64,000 bases of DNA from Nitrosopumilus sp. (GCA_965224195.1 OZ245040.1:1696001-1760000); one strand, 5' to 3'. Shown: positions 1-11,027, counted from the first letter of the stretch. Program-made: numbers and translations. Notes: generated by a model from the letters alone, not told the origin.

Positions 1-60
1 AAAAAACACATGTCAGAAAAATACAACATCAAACATTATAGAATAAAGCTTGACTGATTC

Positions 61-672
61 TTGTGCCTTGATCGTATGAATTACAAGATTCGCAGTTTTG
101 GGCCATGTCATACACATAACGATTTAAAACGATTCATACTCAAAAGGCCAGACATTACAATTTTGGATTCACGTAATCAGATTATTCTCATCATTGAGAT
201 AGACGGCTCGATTCACAATCTGCAATATGTTAGAGAAAAATCAAATAGTCGCGATAGACAATATACACTTGCAAAGATTCCTTTTTTCTCTATTAATCTG
301 CTGGAGCTTGATATTATGAAAATCAATCATTTTGAATATCTCGATGAGCAGTTAAAAAAATCAGGAAGCTCTGATTTTGAAATCAACTCTAAAGACACAT
401 GCGGTGGGTATGTTTTGCCTTTAATCCACTTTTCCATTACAAAACCCCTCGACAGCCCGACAGAACCTTTTTTTGACTTGGTGTATACACAGCATAATCA
501 GTCCGGCAGGTGGTGGGTCCTGTGCGTAACTTTGATCACCCTGATAATTCTTACAACGGTAACCCTGATAATTCTAATTGACACGGGCAGTGAGACAAGC
601 AGTGTTCGCAGCAAAAAATATGACTTTGAGAAAAACTTCATGCTGATTCTGGCAAAAGAATGCACGGCATAA
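61..672 (+). CDS. DUF559/Vsr-like PD-(D/E)XK endonuclease; C-terminal half probably read-through into non-coding DNA
   Basis: Motifs RPDITI..IIEIDGSIH...RDRQY in the first ~100 aa; remainder is not protein-like. Confidence 0.5.
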   Translation: MCLDRMNYKIRSFGPCHTHNDLKRFILKRPDITILDSRNQIILIIEIDGSIHNLQYVREKSNSRDRQYTLAKIPFFSINLLELDIMKINHFEYLDEQLKKSGSSDFEINSKDTCGGYVLPLIHFSITKPLDSPTEPFFDLVYTQHNQSGRWWVLCVTLITLIILTTVTLIILIDTGSETSSVRSKKYDFEKNFMLILAKECTA

Positions 673-719
673 AAACCAAGCCCCGTCTCAGAGGTTTTTT
701 TAGATAAAAATAGCTTGGG

Positions 720-1073
720 CTATCTTTGCAGCTCGTCGTAGATTATTTTTGTGAACTGCCCAATCATGGCAGCATTCGGGGCCTCGTCATGCTTCTTCAT
801 GGTCTTTGCCACATGCTGGTTTATGGAGCAGAGCAGCTCAGTCCTTGAGCGCACCATGTCAAGCGTCTGGGAGTCCAGATCACCAGGCGGCTTTTTGTCT
901 TTGAGCTGCTGCCGGCGTTCCTCCAGGTACGATCTGTTCCCAGGCCTTGTTCTGCATTTGAGATCTTTGTACCAGTGATCATCTGCCTTGTATATGGCAT
1001 CACCGGCTCTGATTTGTACACTGCAAACCTTGCACGTGCTGGCAAACCTTGAGGCCATAGATATGACAGACAT
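720..1073 (-). CDS. Hypothetical protein with N-terminal CxxC...HW zinc-binding motif
   Basis: SRFASTCKVC..IRAGDAIYKADDHW; a decayed paralog lies at ~15504-15600. Confidence 0.55.
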   Translation of the reverse strand: MSVISMASRFASTCKVCSVQIRAGDAIYKADDHWYKDLKCRTRPGNRSYLEERRQQLKDKKPPGDLDSQTLDMVRSRTELLCSINQHVAKTMKKHDEAPNAAMIGQFTKIIYDELQR

Positions 1074-2490
1074 TTATTTTATTCTCCTCAAAAACTCTAG
1101 ATATTTTGTTGGCGAGTTGTCAGCTGATTCAGGCAAGTAGAACATCTGAATTGTTTCAAGCATCTCATCAAGGTAGTCAAGCAGCCTGACTTTATGCACC
1201 CTGCACTTTCCATCAGCACATGATCTATAATGACAATCTGTTGTACGCCTGCGGAATTGCTGGTTTCATAGTACATAAAGCCGTACATCGCAGCCTGCAT
1301 GTACCAGATGTCTCTTTTCTTGCCATATCGGGGGGGGTTGTTAGAATAGTAAAATGTGTAAGATGCAAGTATGAATTTCCTACAAGAAAGACCATAAGCG
1401 ATCCGTTACAATGTGGAAAATTCTTTAATGCATAAAAATAGAAGGCAATGATGAAATGCATGCCGTGAGATCTCATCATCGAGAAATGATCGGGAGATCA
1501 ACTCTGAGCCTTCTTATTTTTAATATTCATAAAATCTTATAAACTCTTCTATGAAAGCAGTCCTTTTGGCCTTTTGTCTTTTTTATTTGCAGAATGACAT
1601 AATCCACGTCTTTCCTTTAGTCGTTGTTTGTTTAATTTTAATTTGGGTTTTGTTCTTTATTTGATTTTATTGAATCTAATCTAATATCCATTCCAGGGAA
1701 TTTCCATTAGAGAAATTTTATTAGATAAAATACCATACTAGGTGATATCCGTTCCAGAAGATATTAACATCAAAGTGTATCCTACAGGGAGCAGGTCCTG
1801 AAAATCCTGTAGAGTCTAGATTGTTCCAATCTGGATGAGACTTGGATGAAATCATTCCAGTACTGTAGCAGAATTATCTCAAGGAATCGCTCTTGCGAGA
1901 ATCATTCTTGCAGAAAACGCAAACTCTGTTGCTGAAACTACTTTTCTAGTTTCCTTGAAGTTTCATTTTTAATACCATTTCCTTTTGATTCATTTCATGA
2001 TATTCCAAGAATTTCTGAATTTGTTCCATAGAATTAAAAAATATAATAGTTCCATTTCAGATAATTATTCCATTGAATAGTTCTGCCAAAGATCATACCT
2101 CATACAATCATCCAAAATGCCCGATTTGTCAAAAGCAATTCTCAGACTTGAAGGAGTTGCGAGAGCATAAGATTAGCCAGCATGCGTACTAGAACTTTTA
2201 TTCAATTCTGATATCTTTCCATTTCAGAAATTATTCCTTTAAGACTTTTTTGATTGCTAATCAACCTAAATCCTATCAAAAATTTATTCTCATTTGGAAT
2301 TAACTATAATTTTTAATCGACTCTCATCATTTGAACTTCAATCACACAGTACACATTTCCAGATATCACTATTCTTGTTCCCCTATGATTTCCTGTCATT
2401 CGTATTAGTTTTTCACTGTTCTTTTTTCTAAACTGACATGCAATCCGTTCACCTTTAATCGAGTCATTGGTGCTATAATGTACTGACATA

Positions 2491-2970
2491 TTATTTTAAA
2501 TTTTCAACAATTTGTTTGTTTTCTTTTAATTCAGACACTACATCCATTACCATTTTTAGATCTAAATTATATTCATTAGCCATATCACTTGGATAAAATA
2601 TTTGACCTACGCTAATTTCTTTTAATATTATCTTTTTCACACTTTCTTTATCTAAATCAAAATTGTCCCCGCTAGTATTTTCTTGCATTTGAATTAAGCC
2701 ATAACTTTCTATCATTTGCTGTGTTTTGTCATTATTTTTTAATACCCTTTCTATCAAATCACGTAATTCAATTCTTAGACACCTAAAGTTATCCAAGTCA
2801 GTGTGTGCAGTGTTTTGAAATTCTTTTTTTATGTATTCCAATGTATGCATATGCTGTTCGTGTACCATTTCAGTTTTATCTGTAGATAATCGTGTCATGT
2901 TTTGTCTGCCATATGTTTCTTCTGGTGTTCCTGGCGTAACTGCAGGGGTCGTAAAAGATAATCGTGTCAT
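2491..2970 (-). CDS. Hypothetical protein with C-terminal winged-HTH-like segment; N-terminus extended 24 aa by a 72-bp insertion/duplication
   Basis: FYPSDMANEYNLDLKMVMDVVSELKENKQI; duplicated MTRLS start. Confidence 0.6.
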   Translation of the reverse strand: MTRLSFTTPAVTPGTPEETYGRQNMTRLSTDKTEMVHEQHMHTLEYIKKEFQNTAHTDLDNFRCLRIELRDLIERVLKNNDKTQQMIESYGLIQMQENTSGDNFDLDKESVKKIILKEISVGQIFYPSDMANEYNLDLKMVMDVVSELKENKQIVENLK

Positions 2971-2991
2971 GTTTTGTCTGCCATATGTTTC
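2884..2991. repeat. 36-bp perfect direct repeat (2884-2919, 2956-2991) around a 36-bp unique insert
   Basis: AGATAATCGTGTCATGTTTTGTCTGCCATATGTTTC twice; insert TTCTGGTGTTCCTGGCGTAACTGCAGGGGTCGTAAA. Confidence 0.95.
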
Positions 2992-3386
2992 AGCATATGC
3001 CTTGGAAATTTTGTTGAAATATCATAATTCTGCCACACATTCAATTGATACTCTGTTGTGATATAACGCAATTGTTTTAGACTTTCATATAGTTGATTAG
3101 GATCTTTTGCATTATATGCCTCTACCAAGAATCGAATTTTCTCTGAGATATCTAAATTTATTTTGTCTCTAATTTCTTTTGGAATTGCATGATCAGATAT
3201 GTCCACTAAATTGTCAAATACAGTTTCTAAAATTTCACTAATGAATACCTCATCTTCTAACTCTAGATTCCATGTAAATTTTACTAAATCACTAGAAATT
3301 CTATGACATACAGAATAATTGGCACTTTCAAGATTTTTTTGTATATCCCCAACCTTGTTTGTAAATACTATTTTTGCATCTTTCAT
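2967..3386 (-). CDS. Hypothetical alpha-helical protein, coupled to the downstream gene
   Basis: 139-aa ORF with ATGA stop/start overlap at 2967-2970. Confidence 0.65.
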   Translation of the reverse strand: MKDAKIVFTNKVGDIQKNLESANYSVCHRISSDLVKFTWNLELEDEVFISEILETVFDNLVDISDHAIPKEIRDKINLDISEKIRFLVEAYNAKDPNQLYESLKQLRYITTEYQLNVWQNYDISTKFPRHMLKHMADKT

Positions 3387-3824
3387 TTATTTGATGTCGT
3401 TTATCTCATTTATAATATAAACATGATGATTGAATAAATTAAAAAGTCACATGAATATGCTGTAAAATAAAATCCTTGCGAAACCAACATCATACTAACG
3501 GATTCGGCCTCAATGTATGGGATTGAAATTTCAAGATAAGATACAACTGTAATTACAATTAAGGATAATATTATTGCAGTGCTGTCTTTTTTCTGTATGA
3601 TTTATGATTAATTATTGTACCATATTTTCTAGATCCTCCGTATCGATTATCGTATTTGCCTCCAAACGCACGACCTTTCCAATCCTCTACCTCAAGTCGT
3701 CTAGGTCATCCACATCACAGTTAATACATATTATCCACAACAATATTACTCCCATAACAGATCTCTAGATGAGTTGCGTAATTACAAACAAAAATCTAAC
3801 TTTTCTGTCATTTAATTTTTAATT

Positions 3825-4736
3825 TTATGGAATTGCAATGAATTCTTCTTTCCATTTAATCTTGAAACTGACAGTCCCACAAACAATTTCACTTATCACA
3901 TCATATCTGCATAATTTGTTTCTAAACACATCGCGATTTATCCGAAATTGCCTGATTTGTGCAATGACATGTCCAACTTTTATTCTAATTTTTGACTGCA
4001 TCTTGTTCCACTCCTTTTGAGCAACAGTCAATTTTTTTCCTTTCTTTTTCTTGCATGGCAAAACACTTGCCTGTTCTGGAAAGTCTTTTTCCATCCCCAA
4101 ATATCCAGGATCATAAGACTGCAGCAACCCTTCAGATAATGTTGGATGCTTTGATTTGTAAATTCTGTAATCATGATGACTGCCAGGCGAATGTGCAGAT
4201 TTGTGGATTGTTATCCCATCAGGATTTATGGCGATTTGATTTTGTACTGCATGTTTTTTCTTTTTGCCTGAATGGTGTGTCCTTCTTTTCTTTTTGTTTT
4301 TTGGTCTTGGGATGGGCTGTTCTGTGCCATCAGTGATTGCAACTAATTCCGGAAAGAATTCTTGCAATTCCTGCATGCCGTTAATCTTTTTTGAGTCTGC
4401 ATATTTTTTGGCAGCAATTACAATGGACTGCCTCACTGCAGGCTCCAAACATCTGATGTTTCTCATTACGTTTGGTTTGTCCAAATCAAATGTCATCCCT
4501 GGCATGTCATATGTTGTGTACATTCTGTAGTACATGAAAAACATTAGAATTCTGCCTTTGAAGGACAAGTCAAACTTGTGTCCTGCACCAATGTCTCTTT
4601 CTCTATTTTTGGACAGTCCCTTTTGTTCTGCAGTTTTGCAATTGTTCTTTATTTCCTTGTATAGGGAATCAAATTGTGGAACAGTTAGTCCTGCTATTGG
4701 CAGGAATTGCTTTGGTTTTTTTGCCAGTTTGTGCAA
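3825..4736 (-). mobile_element. IS5-family transposase (HTH_Tnp_4 + DDE_Tnp_4), probably inactive
   Basis: ITDGTEQPIPRPK, SGKKKKH, DPGYLG; RIKVGHVI has G at the expected catalytic E. Confidence 0.85.
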
Positions 4737-4805
4737 TTAAACATGAATTGAAAATAATTCAGCCTTAGCTTTGGATCTTATGATTAGAAAATGTTGAGAT
4801 TATGC

Positions 4806-5015
4806 TCAAATTGGACTAATTGCACAACTCATCTCATCTAAATCAGGTTTTATTCTAGAATAAGGAATAACTCTTTGATCAATATCTAAAATCACTTCTT
4901 GAGATAATGTCGTATGATTTAATATTGCAATATTAGATGTTGCTTTCCATTCACTAAATCCAATTCTTTTCAATACATTTAACACTGTATTAACTACATA
5001 TTCTTCTCGATTCAA
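4806..5015 (-). CDS. HicA-like toxin, possibly degenerate
   Basis: VLNVLKRIGF fold pattern directly downstream of HicB; canonical His not evident. Confidence 0.45.
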   Translation of the reverse strand: MNREEYVVNTVLNVLKRIGFSEWKATSNIAILNHTTLSQEVILDIDQRVIPYSRIKPDLDEMSCAISPI

Positions 5016-5019
5016 AAAG

Positions 5020-5223
5020 TTATTTCACATCCACAGTGTCAACTGATTCTAATTGACTTTCTAGATCCGGATGTTTTTCCAAATACAATTTTATAGCTTC
5101 TGGAATCTTTCTTGTTGCTTCTTCTCTTGTTTTCCCAAAGACGCGTACAGGTTTCATCGATGGGCAATATGCCATGTATCCCGTACTTCCTTCTAACTGT
5201 TCAACTCGAAATGTAATCTGCAT
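5020..5223 (-). CDS. hicB: HicB-family antitoxin
   Basis: GYMAYCPSM..VRVFGKTREEATRKIPEAIKLYLE; ATG at 5223. Confidence 0.75.
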   Translation of the reverse strand: MQITFRVEQLEGSTGYMAYCPSMKPVRVFGKTREEATRKIPEAIKLYLEKHPDLESQLESVDTVDVK

Positions 5224-5271
5224 GATAGTATAATATATTATATAATTTAGACATATATGTATTTGAAAATA

Positions 5272-5402
5272 CGTGGCTTGGCAAATCAACATTGATTTTA
5301 CAAAATGGCTTGCATTGATCAAACTCTTTGAGCTTGGCACAAGTGCAAGACGTGCAGGAATTGAGATCGGCACTGGCTATCCTACCGTATTACTTGCATT
5401 TG
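5272..5402 (+). pseudogene. IS1595-family transposase N-terminal HTH fragment, cut at the transposon left end
   Basis: Translates NIDFTKWLALIKLFELGTSARRAGIEIGTGYPTVLLAF, resembling the IS1595 HTH region. Confidence 0.55.
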
Positions 5403-5474
5403 TACACTGGTCAAAACTAGGCGGATTTTCAACTAGTGGTCAATTCGGGTGATAAAGTGGTCAGTTAGGGTGAT
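5403..5474 (+). repeat. Left TIR of element A
   Basis: TACACTGGTCAAAACTAGGCGGATTTTCAACTAGTGGTCAATTCGGGTGATAAAGTGGTCAGTTAGGGTGAT; three TGGTCA sub-repeats. Confidence 0.95.
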
Positions 5475-5482
5475 AAACACTG

Positions 5483-7108
5483 TTAGGAATATAGATTAAT
5501 TCTTTCTTGAACATGTTTAGAATTTTTAATAAAATTGGTTTTCCATTTGTCATATTCTTTTTTATTTTTGAACCATTTTACATTATTTTGTTTTATATAT
5601 TTCATAAGATTTTCAGGATTACATAACTCAATATTGATTTTAGGTATAATTGAATAATCTTCTAATGGAAAAGATTTCCAGTATTTCAATGATTTCAGAA
5701 ATTTTTTACTAGAACTATATTCATTTTTAAGAGTTTTTTTGTCAAAAATTTCAATCACTTTATCTGATTTCTGTTGTATCAATGAAGAAAGTTCAAAGAT
5801 GGAATTAGAAATTAAAGATAGTTTTTCTTCTATAACTTGTAATATTCTTATATCTATACTGCCATTGACGAGTAAATTTACAACATGTATCTTATCTTTC
5901 TTTTGACCAATTCTATCAATTCTACCAATTCTTTGTTCTATACGCATTGGATTCCAATGTAAATCATAATTCATCACAGCACTACAAAATTGTACATCTA
6001 ATCCCTCAGAACCTACAAGAGTCATAATAAGAATAGATTTCTCTGAATCACGAAAACTGTTAATTACTTTATGTCGTTCTAAAAGAGGAGTTTCACCAGT
6101 CATAACAAAAATAGTCCATTTATCTGAAAATTCTTTTTCAATAGCTTTTGTAGTTTCGGAAAATTCACAAAATATTAACCATTTTTCAGATTTTATTGTT
6201 TCAATAATTTTACGAGCAGCCATGATTTTTGGATCTTTTTTTATCAAAATCTCTTTTAATCCTACAGATTTACTAAATGCACGAGAACTACTAGAAGCTA
6301 ATCGATAATAGGTGATTTTTTCAAAAAAGGAATCATTTTTTGTGGGAATTTTTGAAATGATCTTTTTAATTTTGTCCACATATTCTGTAGGATAAGAAAC
6401 TTCCATATTTTTTATTATTCTTTTTGCAAAATGTATTCCTAAATGCTCTTTGGTAAATCGTGTTACTAATGAATTTGTGATTAAGTATTTGTTTTTATCC
6501 CAAAGATCATCAATTAGAATAGATATGGCATCTCTACTATTATGTGGAAACAATATGCTTAATTCAGAAATAAAATCATCTATAGAATTGTTTATAGGAG
6601 TTGCACTTAACCCCACCCTATAATCTGCATGAAGTGAAATACTTCTTGCATTCTTATATCCAATTGTATCATCATTTCTAAAATTATGTATTTCATCAAA
6701 AATAACTACACTCACTTTTGTTTTTTTAGATAAAGTAATCTTATTCAAAATGGATGAAGGTAAAATATACACTAAAGGTATTTTTTTAAGTCTTTTAGTT
6801 TGAAGTTCATTCTCCATGGTGGCAAATTCTTCTACATTAGTAACAATAATACATTTAAGATTAAATTTTGAAATTATCTCTTCTTTCCATTTAACTAATA
6901 ATGATGGAGGGCAAATAACAATTCCTGATTGATTGAGTTTTGAAATTAAGAATAAAAGTATGTATCCAGCTGAGATTGTTTTACCTACACCAACACCATC
7001 ACTAATTAAAACTCCATTAAGATCATTATGAAGTAATTTCATTAATGGTACCAATTGATATGAAGATGGTTTAAGAAAAGACTCTGATTTCATACCACCA
7101 ATCCTCAT
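5483..7108 (-). CDS. SNF2/RapA-like SF2 helicase
   Basis: DGVGVGKT, DEIH, SATP, GSEGLDVQ, YDLHWNPMRIEQRIGRIDRIGQ. Confidence 0.9.
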   Translation of the reverse strand: MRIGGMKSESFLKPSSYQLVPLMKLLHNDLNGVLISDGVGVGKTISAGYILLFLISKLNQSGIVICPPSLLVKWKEEIISKFNLKCIIVTNVEEFATMENELQTKRLKKIPLVYILPSSILNKITLSKKTKVSVVIFDEIHNFRNDDTIGYKNARSISLHADYRVGLSATPINNSIDDFISELSILFPHNSRDAISILIDDLWDKNKYLITNSLVTRFTKEHLGIHFAKRIIKNMEVSYPTEYVDKIKKIISKIPTKNDSFFEKITYYRLASSSSRAFSKSVGLKEILIKKDPKIMAARKIIETIKSEKWLIFCEFSETTKAIEKEFSDKWTIFVMTGETPLLERHKVINSFRDSEKSILIMTLVGSEGLDVQFCSAVMNYDLHWNPMRIEQRIGRIDRIGQKKDKIHVVNLLVNGSIDIRILQVIEEKLSLISNSIFELSSLIQQKSDKVIEIFDKKTLKNEYSSSKKFLKSLKYWKSFPLEDYSIIPKINIELCNPENLMKYIKQNNVKWFKNKKEYDKWKTNFIKNSKHVQERINLYS

Positions 7109-7907
7109 TAGGAATAAGACCTGACTTTATTCTAAACTCTTTCATTCCAATTTTATGTTTGATAATCAAATCTGCAATAAAATCAGAATTATTACAAAAA
7201 ATGGTAGATTTTGAAGATTCTACTGCATCCATGGTTCGTTTAGTGTAACCATTTGTACTTATTACCATACCGTATTTTTTCTTGGTTGTTGTCAGAGCAC
7301 CAATAAAATCTCGAATATCGCTTGGACCCATTTTACCATTTAAATGCTTTAATTGACCTATTATTTCATACCATTTTCCAAATTCATCATGAGATATGGT
7401 TCCATCTCGATCTATGTAAAAAGATGCAGTAAAATCAATTCCCTCATCATCCGATACTTTTGGATTTAATCTAAAATTTTTAATCCATTTTAATTTTGGA
7501 TCACTTAGAACATTTTTTATTAAAATTACTGATTGAGGCTGTGTTAAATTTCTAATTTTTTCATTGACTTGTTCATGAAGAAATTCATTATATAATTTTG
7601 AGGCTAAATTAATTTCTGACCAAGTTGGAATTACCATTATTTCAAATTCTTCTCTAAATTGATGATATTGTATGGAAAACACCACATCATCCATTTCTTC
7701 ATTCTTCCAATCAGCCTTTATCAAAAATAGTTTTGACTGCAACTGTTTTTGCAGTTGAATTATTATTTCTTCATATTTTGAAATGGTGATGGTTCTACCT
7801 TTTTTGTTAAAATCTTCTATCGGAATTAATACTTTACGATTTTTATGTAATTGTGATTCTATATCTTCATCTGAAAGAATTTTTGAGATGAAAGTTTTGA
7901 GATTCAA
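7071..7907 (-). CDS. Mrr-like restriction endonuclease
   Basis: DEGIDF...GQLKH..MGPSDIRDFIGAL...GMVISTNGYT (Mrr_cat D-QxK pattern). Confidence 0.8.
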   Translation of the reverse strand: MNLKTFISKILSDEDIESQLHKNRKVLIPIEDFNKKGRTITISKYEEIIIQLQKQLQSKLFLIKADWKNEEMDDVVFSIQYHQFREEFEIMVIPTWSEINLASKLYNEFLHEQVNEKIRNLTQPQSVILIKNVLSDPKLKWIKNFRLNPKVSDDEGIDFTASFYIDRDGTISHDEFGKWYEIIGQLKHLNGKMGPSDIRDFIGALTTTKKKYGMVISTNGYTKRTMDAVESSKSTIFCNNSDFIADLIIKHKIGMKEFRIKSGLIPNEDWWYEIRVFS

Positions 7908-7908
7908 T

Positions 7909-8931
7909 TCATTTTGTAGATTCGATAATGGATTTAGATCCCAAATAAATTCGTTTAATCTGTTTCATGATTATGGATTCTTTTTTCAATTTTTCAAGTT
8001 CTACGCCATCTATATTGTTGATTCCTTTTGCAACATCACTTAATTTTTTAATCCAGGGCATTGAATCGTTAATGGATGTCCCACGATAATTATCTAGAGC
8101 CTCATCTACAGTCATTCGCTCATTTTTCAAGAATTTTTGTAAGATGATCTCATTTTGTGCAAATTTGTTGAAATCATACAAACCACCTTTTAAAGAAACA
8201 GAACGTATTCTTGTTTCCCCATCTTTATTCGGAGTAATCAATTTAAAAAATTTCTCTTTTTCTTTAGTTGTATTAAAAAATCTGTCTCTAACATATGCCC
8301 CTGCCCTTTGAAAATACAAATATTTTCGAGGATCTTCAATTCCTTGTATTTTTCTTTTTTTGATAAATTTAGTGAAATCTATATAATGTTTATAATTTTC
8401 TAACTCTTTGTTAATAGAAACTACAGAACTTCTCATCATTTTAGCTACTTCATCAGTAGAATATCTATCATTGTGGACAAGTTTGTAAATTGCTGAAGCT
8501 TCATTAAAAGGACCCCATGTTTTCTTACCTGTTTGTAATATGACTCGTTGTGCATCAATAACTCTTGGATCAGTATTTTTTGGATAAACCTGACATTTTA
8601 TTTTATCATATGAAATATTTTTTGCGGGTTTTACATTATCTCTTATCAAACCTCTGAGCACTACTAATCTTCTACTACCTTCAAGAACTTCAAATTTTCT
8701 ATTTTGCCCTTTTTCAAAAACCCATATTGGTTCTCTAATTCCAGACGCTTTGATAGATGGAAGAATATCTGAAATATCTTCCTCTTCAATAATTTCTTGA
8801 AGCATTTTGTCAGTCCATTTATTTTTACCTGTCTGAATTAGTTTTTCATGGTATCTTGGATTTTCCAAATCTAATAAAATATCTTTAATTGATACAATTT
8901 TTTCAAAATAGTCTTCAGAACTTTTAGACAT
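7909..8931 (-). CDS. ParB/Srx-N-domain protein, copy 1; likely start MSKSSED
   Basis: ILLDLENPRY, GIREPIWV, VLEGSRRL. Confidence 0.8.
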   Translation of the reverse strand: MSKSSEDYFEKIVSIKDILLDLENPRYHEKLIQTGKNKWTDKMLQEIIEEEDISDILPSIKASGIREPIWVFEKGQNRKFEVLEGSRRLVVLRGLIRDNVKPAKNISYDKIKCQVYPKNTDPRVIDAQRVILQTGKKTWGPFNEASAIYKLVHNDRYSTDEVAKMMRSSVVSINKELENYKHYIDFTKFIKKRKIQGIEDPRKYLYFQRAGAYVRDRFFNTTKEKEKFFKLITPNKDGETRIRSVSLKGGLYDFNKFAQNEIILQKFLKNERMTVDEALDNYRGTSINDSMPWIKKLSDVAKGINNIDGVELEKLKKESIIMKQIKRIYLGSKSIIESTK

Positions 8932-9233
8932 ACACTCACATCTTATTTTAACTATATAATACTCTCTTTTAAAAATTGTTTCATTACGCAATAATGGTAA
9001 ATTAAATTTAGAGTTTTTTACATTATTGACATTAAAATAAAGATTAATTCTGAAATTAACTGTGGATATGGATCGCAATATGGATCTACTTCAAATTCAA
9101 TTTTGAACAATTTTACCAATTAGTTATAATTATCAATAAAAATCTCATTTGATTAAAGAGTCAAGAGTGTTGTTGATTATAATAACAAGGCAACTTTTAA
9201 AAAAATTTAAAGGTATTACTTGTAACATCCATT

Positions 9234-10229
9234 ATGAAATCTACACTTCAAGAAATCCCTATAAATTCAATTCTATTAGATGTAAATAATCCACGATTAA
9301 GGTTTTCAAAAATTGAAAAAGGAATTAAAAATTGGACTGAAGATAGTATGATGCAAACTATTAAAAATTCAACCGTGTTTAACAGACTTTTGGATTCAAT
9401 ACAGGAATATGGTGTAATTGACCCCATATGGATTCATGATTTAGGTAATGATAAATTTCAAGTCATTGAAGGAAATATGAGGGTTGTAGTTTTACGAGTA
9501 ATAAATGAGAGAAAAATAAAATCTTCAACAGGAATAAACTACAATATTATACGATCTCATGTGATTTCACATAACACAAGTCAGACAGATTTAGAAGTTC
9601 AAAAAGCAATTTTACAAACAGGTAAGAATCCATGGGGTGCATTTAATGAAGCTGCACACATATACAATCTATTTTGGAAAAATAAAATTTCTATTAATGA
9701 AATTGCAAATATGTTAGGGAAATCTAGAAGTTATGTAGATAGTGAAATTGATAATTTTAAATTTTATCTAGAGTTTATTGATTTTGGTAAGAAGAAAGGG
9801 AGTTATGTTGTAGATCCAAATAAATATTCTTTTTTTAAAGATGCCCCAATAATAGTGAGACAGAAATTTTTTAAATTGTCTATATCTAGAAAAAACTATT
9901 TTGAACTCATAACTCCGAATAAAAATGGCATAACTAGAATACCCAATGTGTCATTAAAAGGAGGTCTTAGAACATTTGGAAAATTTGTCAATGATGAGAT
10001 CATCTTACAAAAATTTTTGAAAGATGAGCGGATGACTGTAGAGGACACATTCTTTGAATTTACTGAAAAAAATTATTTGAGTAAATTGCCTTGGATTAAA
10101 AAAATTTCCAGTATAACAAAAAACATGAACAAATTAAATAAATTTGAACGTAAAAAAATTTTAGAAAATATTGAATCTAAAAAAGCATTAATTGGATTAC
10201 TTAAAGAAATGAAGAAATTTTTTAATTAA
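9234..10229 (+). CDS. ParB/Srx-N-domain protein, copy 2; divergent paralog of copy 1
   Basis: ILLDVNNPRL, GVIDPIWI, IEGNMRV; shares LQTGKxxWGxFNEA, LITPNKxG and VSLKGGL with copy 1. Confidence 0.8.
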   Translation: MKSTLQEIPINSILLDVNNPRLRFSKIEKGIKNWTEDSMMQTIKNSTVFNRLLDSIQEYGVIDPIWIHDLGNDKFQVIEGNMRVVVLRVINERKIKSSTGINYNIIRSHVISHNTSQTDLEVQKAILQTGKNPWGAFNEAAHIYNLFWKNKISINEIANMLGKSRSYVDSEIDNFKFYLEFIDFGKKKGSYVVDPNKYSFFKDAPIIVRQKFFKLSISRKNYFELITPNKNGITRIPNVSLKGGLRTFGKFVNDEIILQKFLKDERMTVEDTFFEFTEKNYLSKLPWIKKISSITKNMNKLNKFERKKILENIESKKALIGLLKEMKKFFN

Positions 10230-10367
10230 ACCATATTCTAATTTTTTACGTAATTGCATATTCCTCATACTACATCTAAGATAAAATAAATTGTAAATTA
10301 TTCTTAAATATACAACTATTACTCAATCGTTTTAACAATAATTTAAAACATCTGCTGTGTTACAAAA

Positions 10368-11027
10368 TTACTTGTTATTTTTCATAACGATATCTAATCC
10401 CCACGAAGACCAACCTCTAACTTTTTTCCTTGCAAATAATTCAATACGTTTCTGATCTGGGAACATTTTCTCTATTCCTTCCATAACTTCTATTGGTTTT
10501 TCACTATGTTTCTTTCTTGGGCTTTTGATTAGTTGTTTGACATTTCTTGCACCTCTGGGGCTTGGTATTCTACCGTGCTTGAATAACAGACACAATTCAC
10601 AGTTTGATAAGGTGTATTGTCCAGGGTTATGATTCATTTTATCCCATACAAAAGCAACAGTTCTATACTCAAAACCCCACGCCTTACCTAGTTCCATAGC
10701 TTGGGATAGATGAGGATTAGTAGTCCACATAAATAACAAACAATCCTGTTTTGCTATTCTATTAATTGGGATCTCCATCATTTCATTTGTTTTTAATGTT
10801 GGATATTTGAAACCCGCAGTACTAACAAACAGATTTTTTGATGCATCATATTGTAATTTTCCATTGTAGTTCCATGGGGGATCTGCATAAATAATATCGA
10901 ATTTTTGACGTGGTAATTCTGGATAAAATCCCCCATTTGATTGTAGTTCGTAGTGTTTTGTTCGTCTTATTACATCATCTTTGTAGATTGAATATCCACT
11001 AGGTCTTTTAACTATCTGTTTGCTCAT
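10368..11027 (-). CDS. MT-A70-family adenine methyltransferase
   Basis: FDIIYADPPW, LFMWTT, AWGFEY, HSEKP, RIELFAR. Confidence 0.9.
   Translation of the reverse strand: MSKQIVKRPSGYSIYKDDVIRRTKHYELQSNGGFYPELPRQKFDIIYADPPWNYNGKLQYDASKNLFVSTAGFKYPTLKTNEMMEIPINRIAKQDCLLFMWTTNPHLSQAMELGKAWGFEYRTVAFVWDKMNHNPGQYTLSNCELCLLFKHGRIPSPRGARNVKQLIKSPRKKHSEKPIEVMEGIEKMFPDQKRIELFARKKVRGWSSWGLDIVMKNNK

Noticed and set aside
538-592. 14-bp direct repeat ACCCTGATAATTCT (538, 562), faintly like a TIR sub-repeat
   Set aside because: Short, no partner end found and only weak similarity to the element TIRs.
1480-2480. 1-kb ORF-free stretch as possible ncRNA
   Set aside because: Looks like decayed minus-strand coding sequence; no recognisable structure or family.
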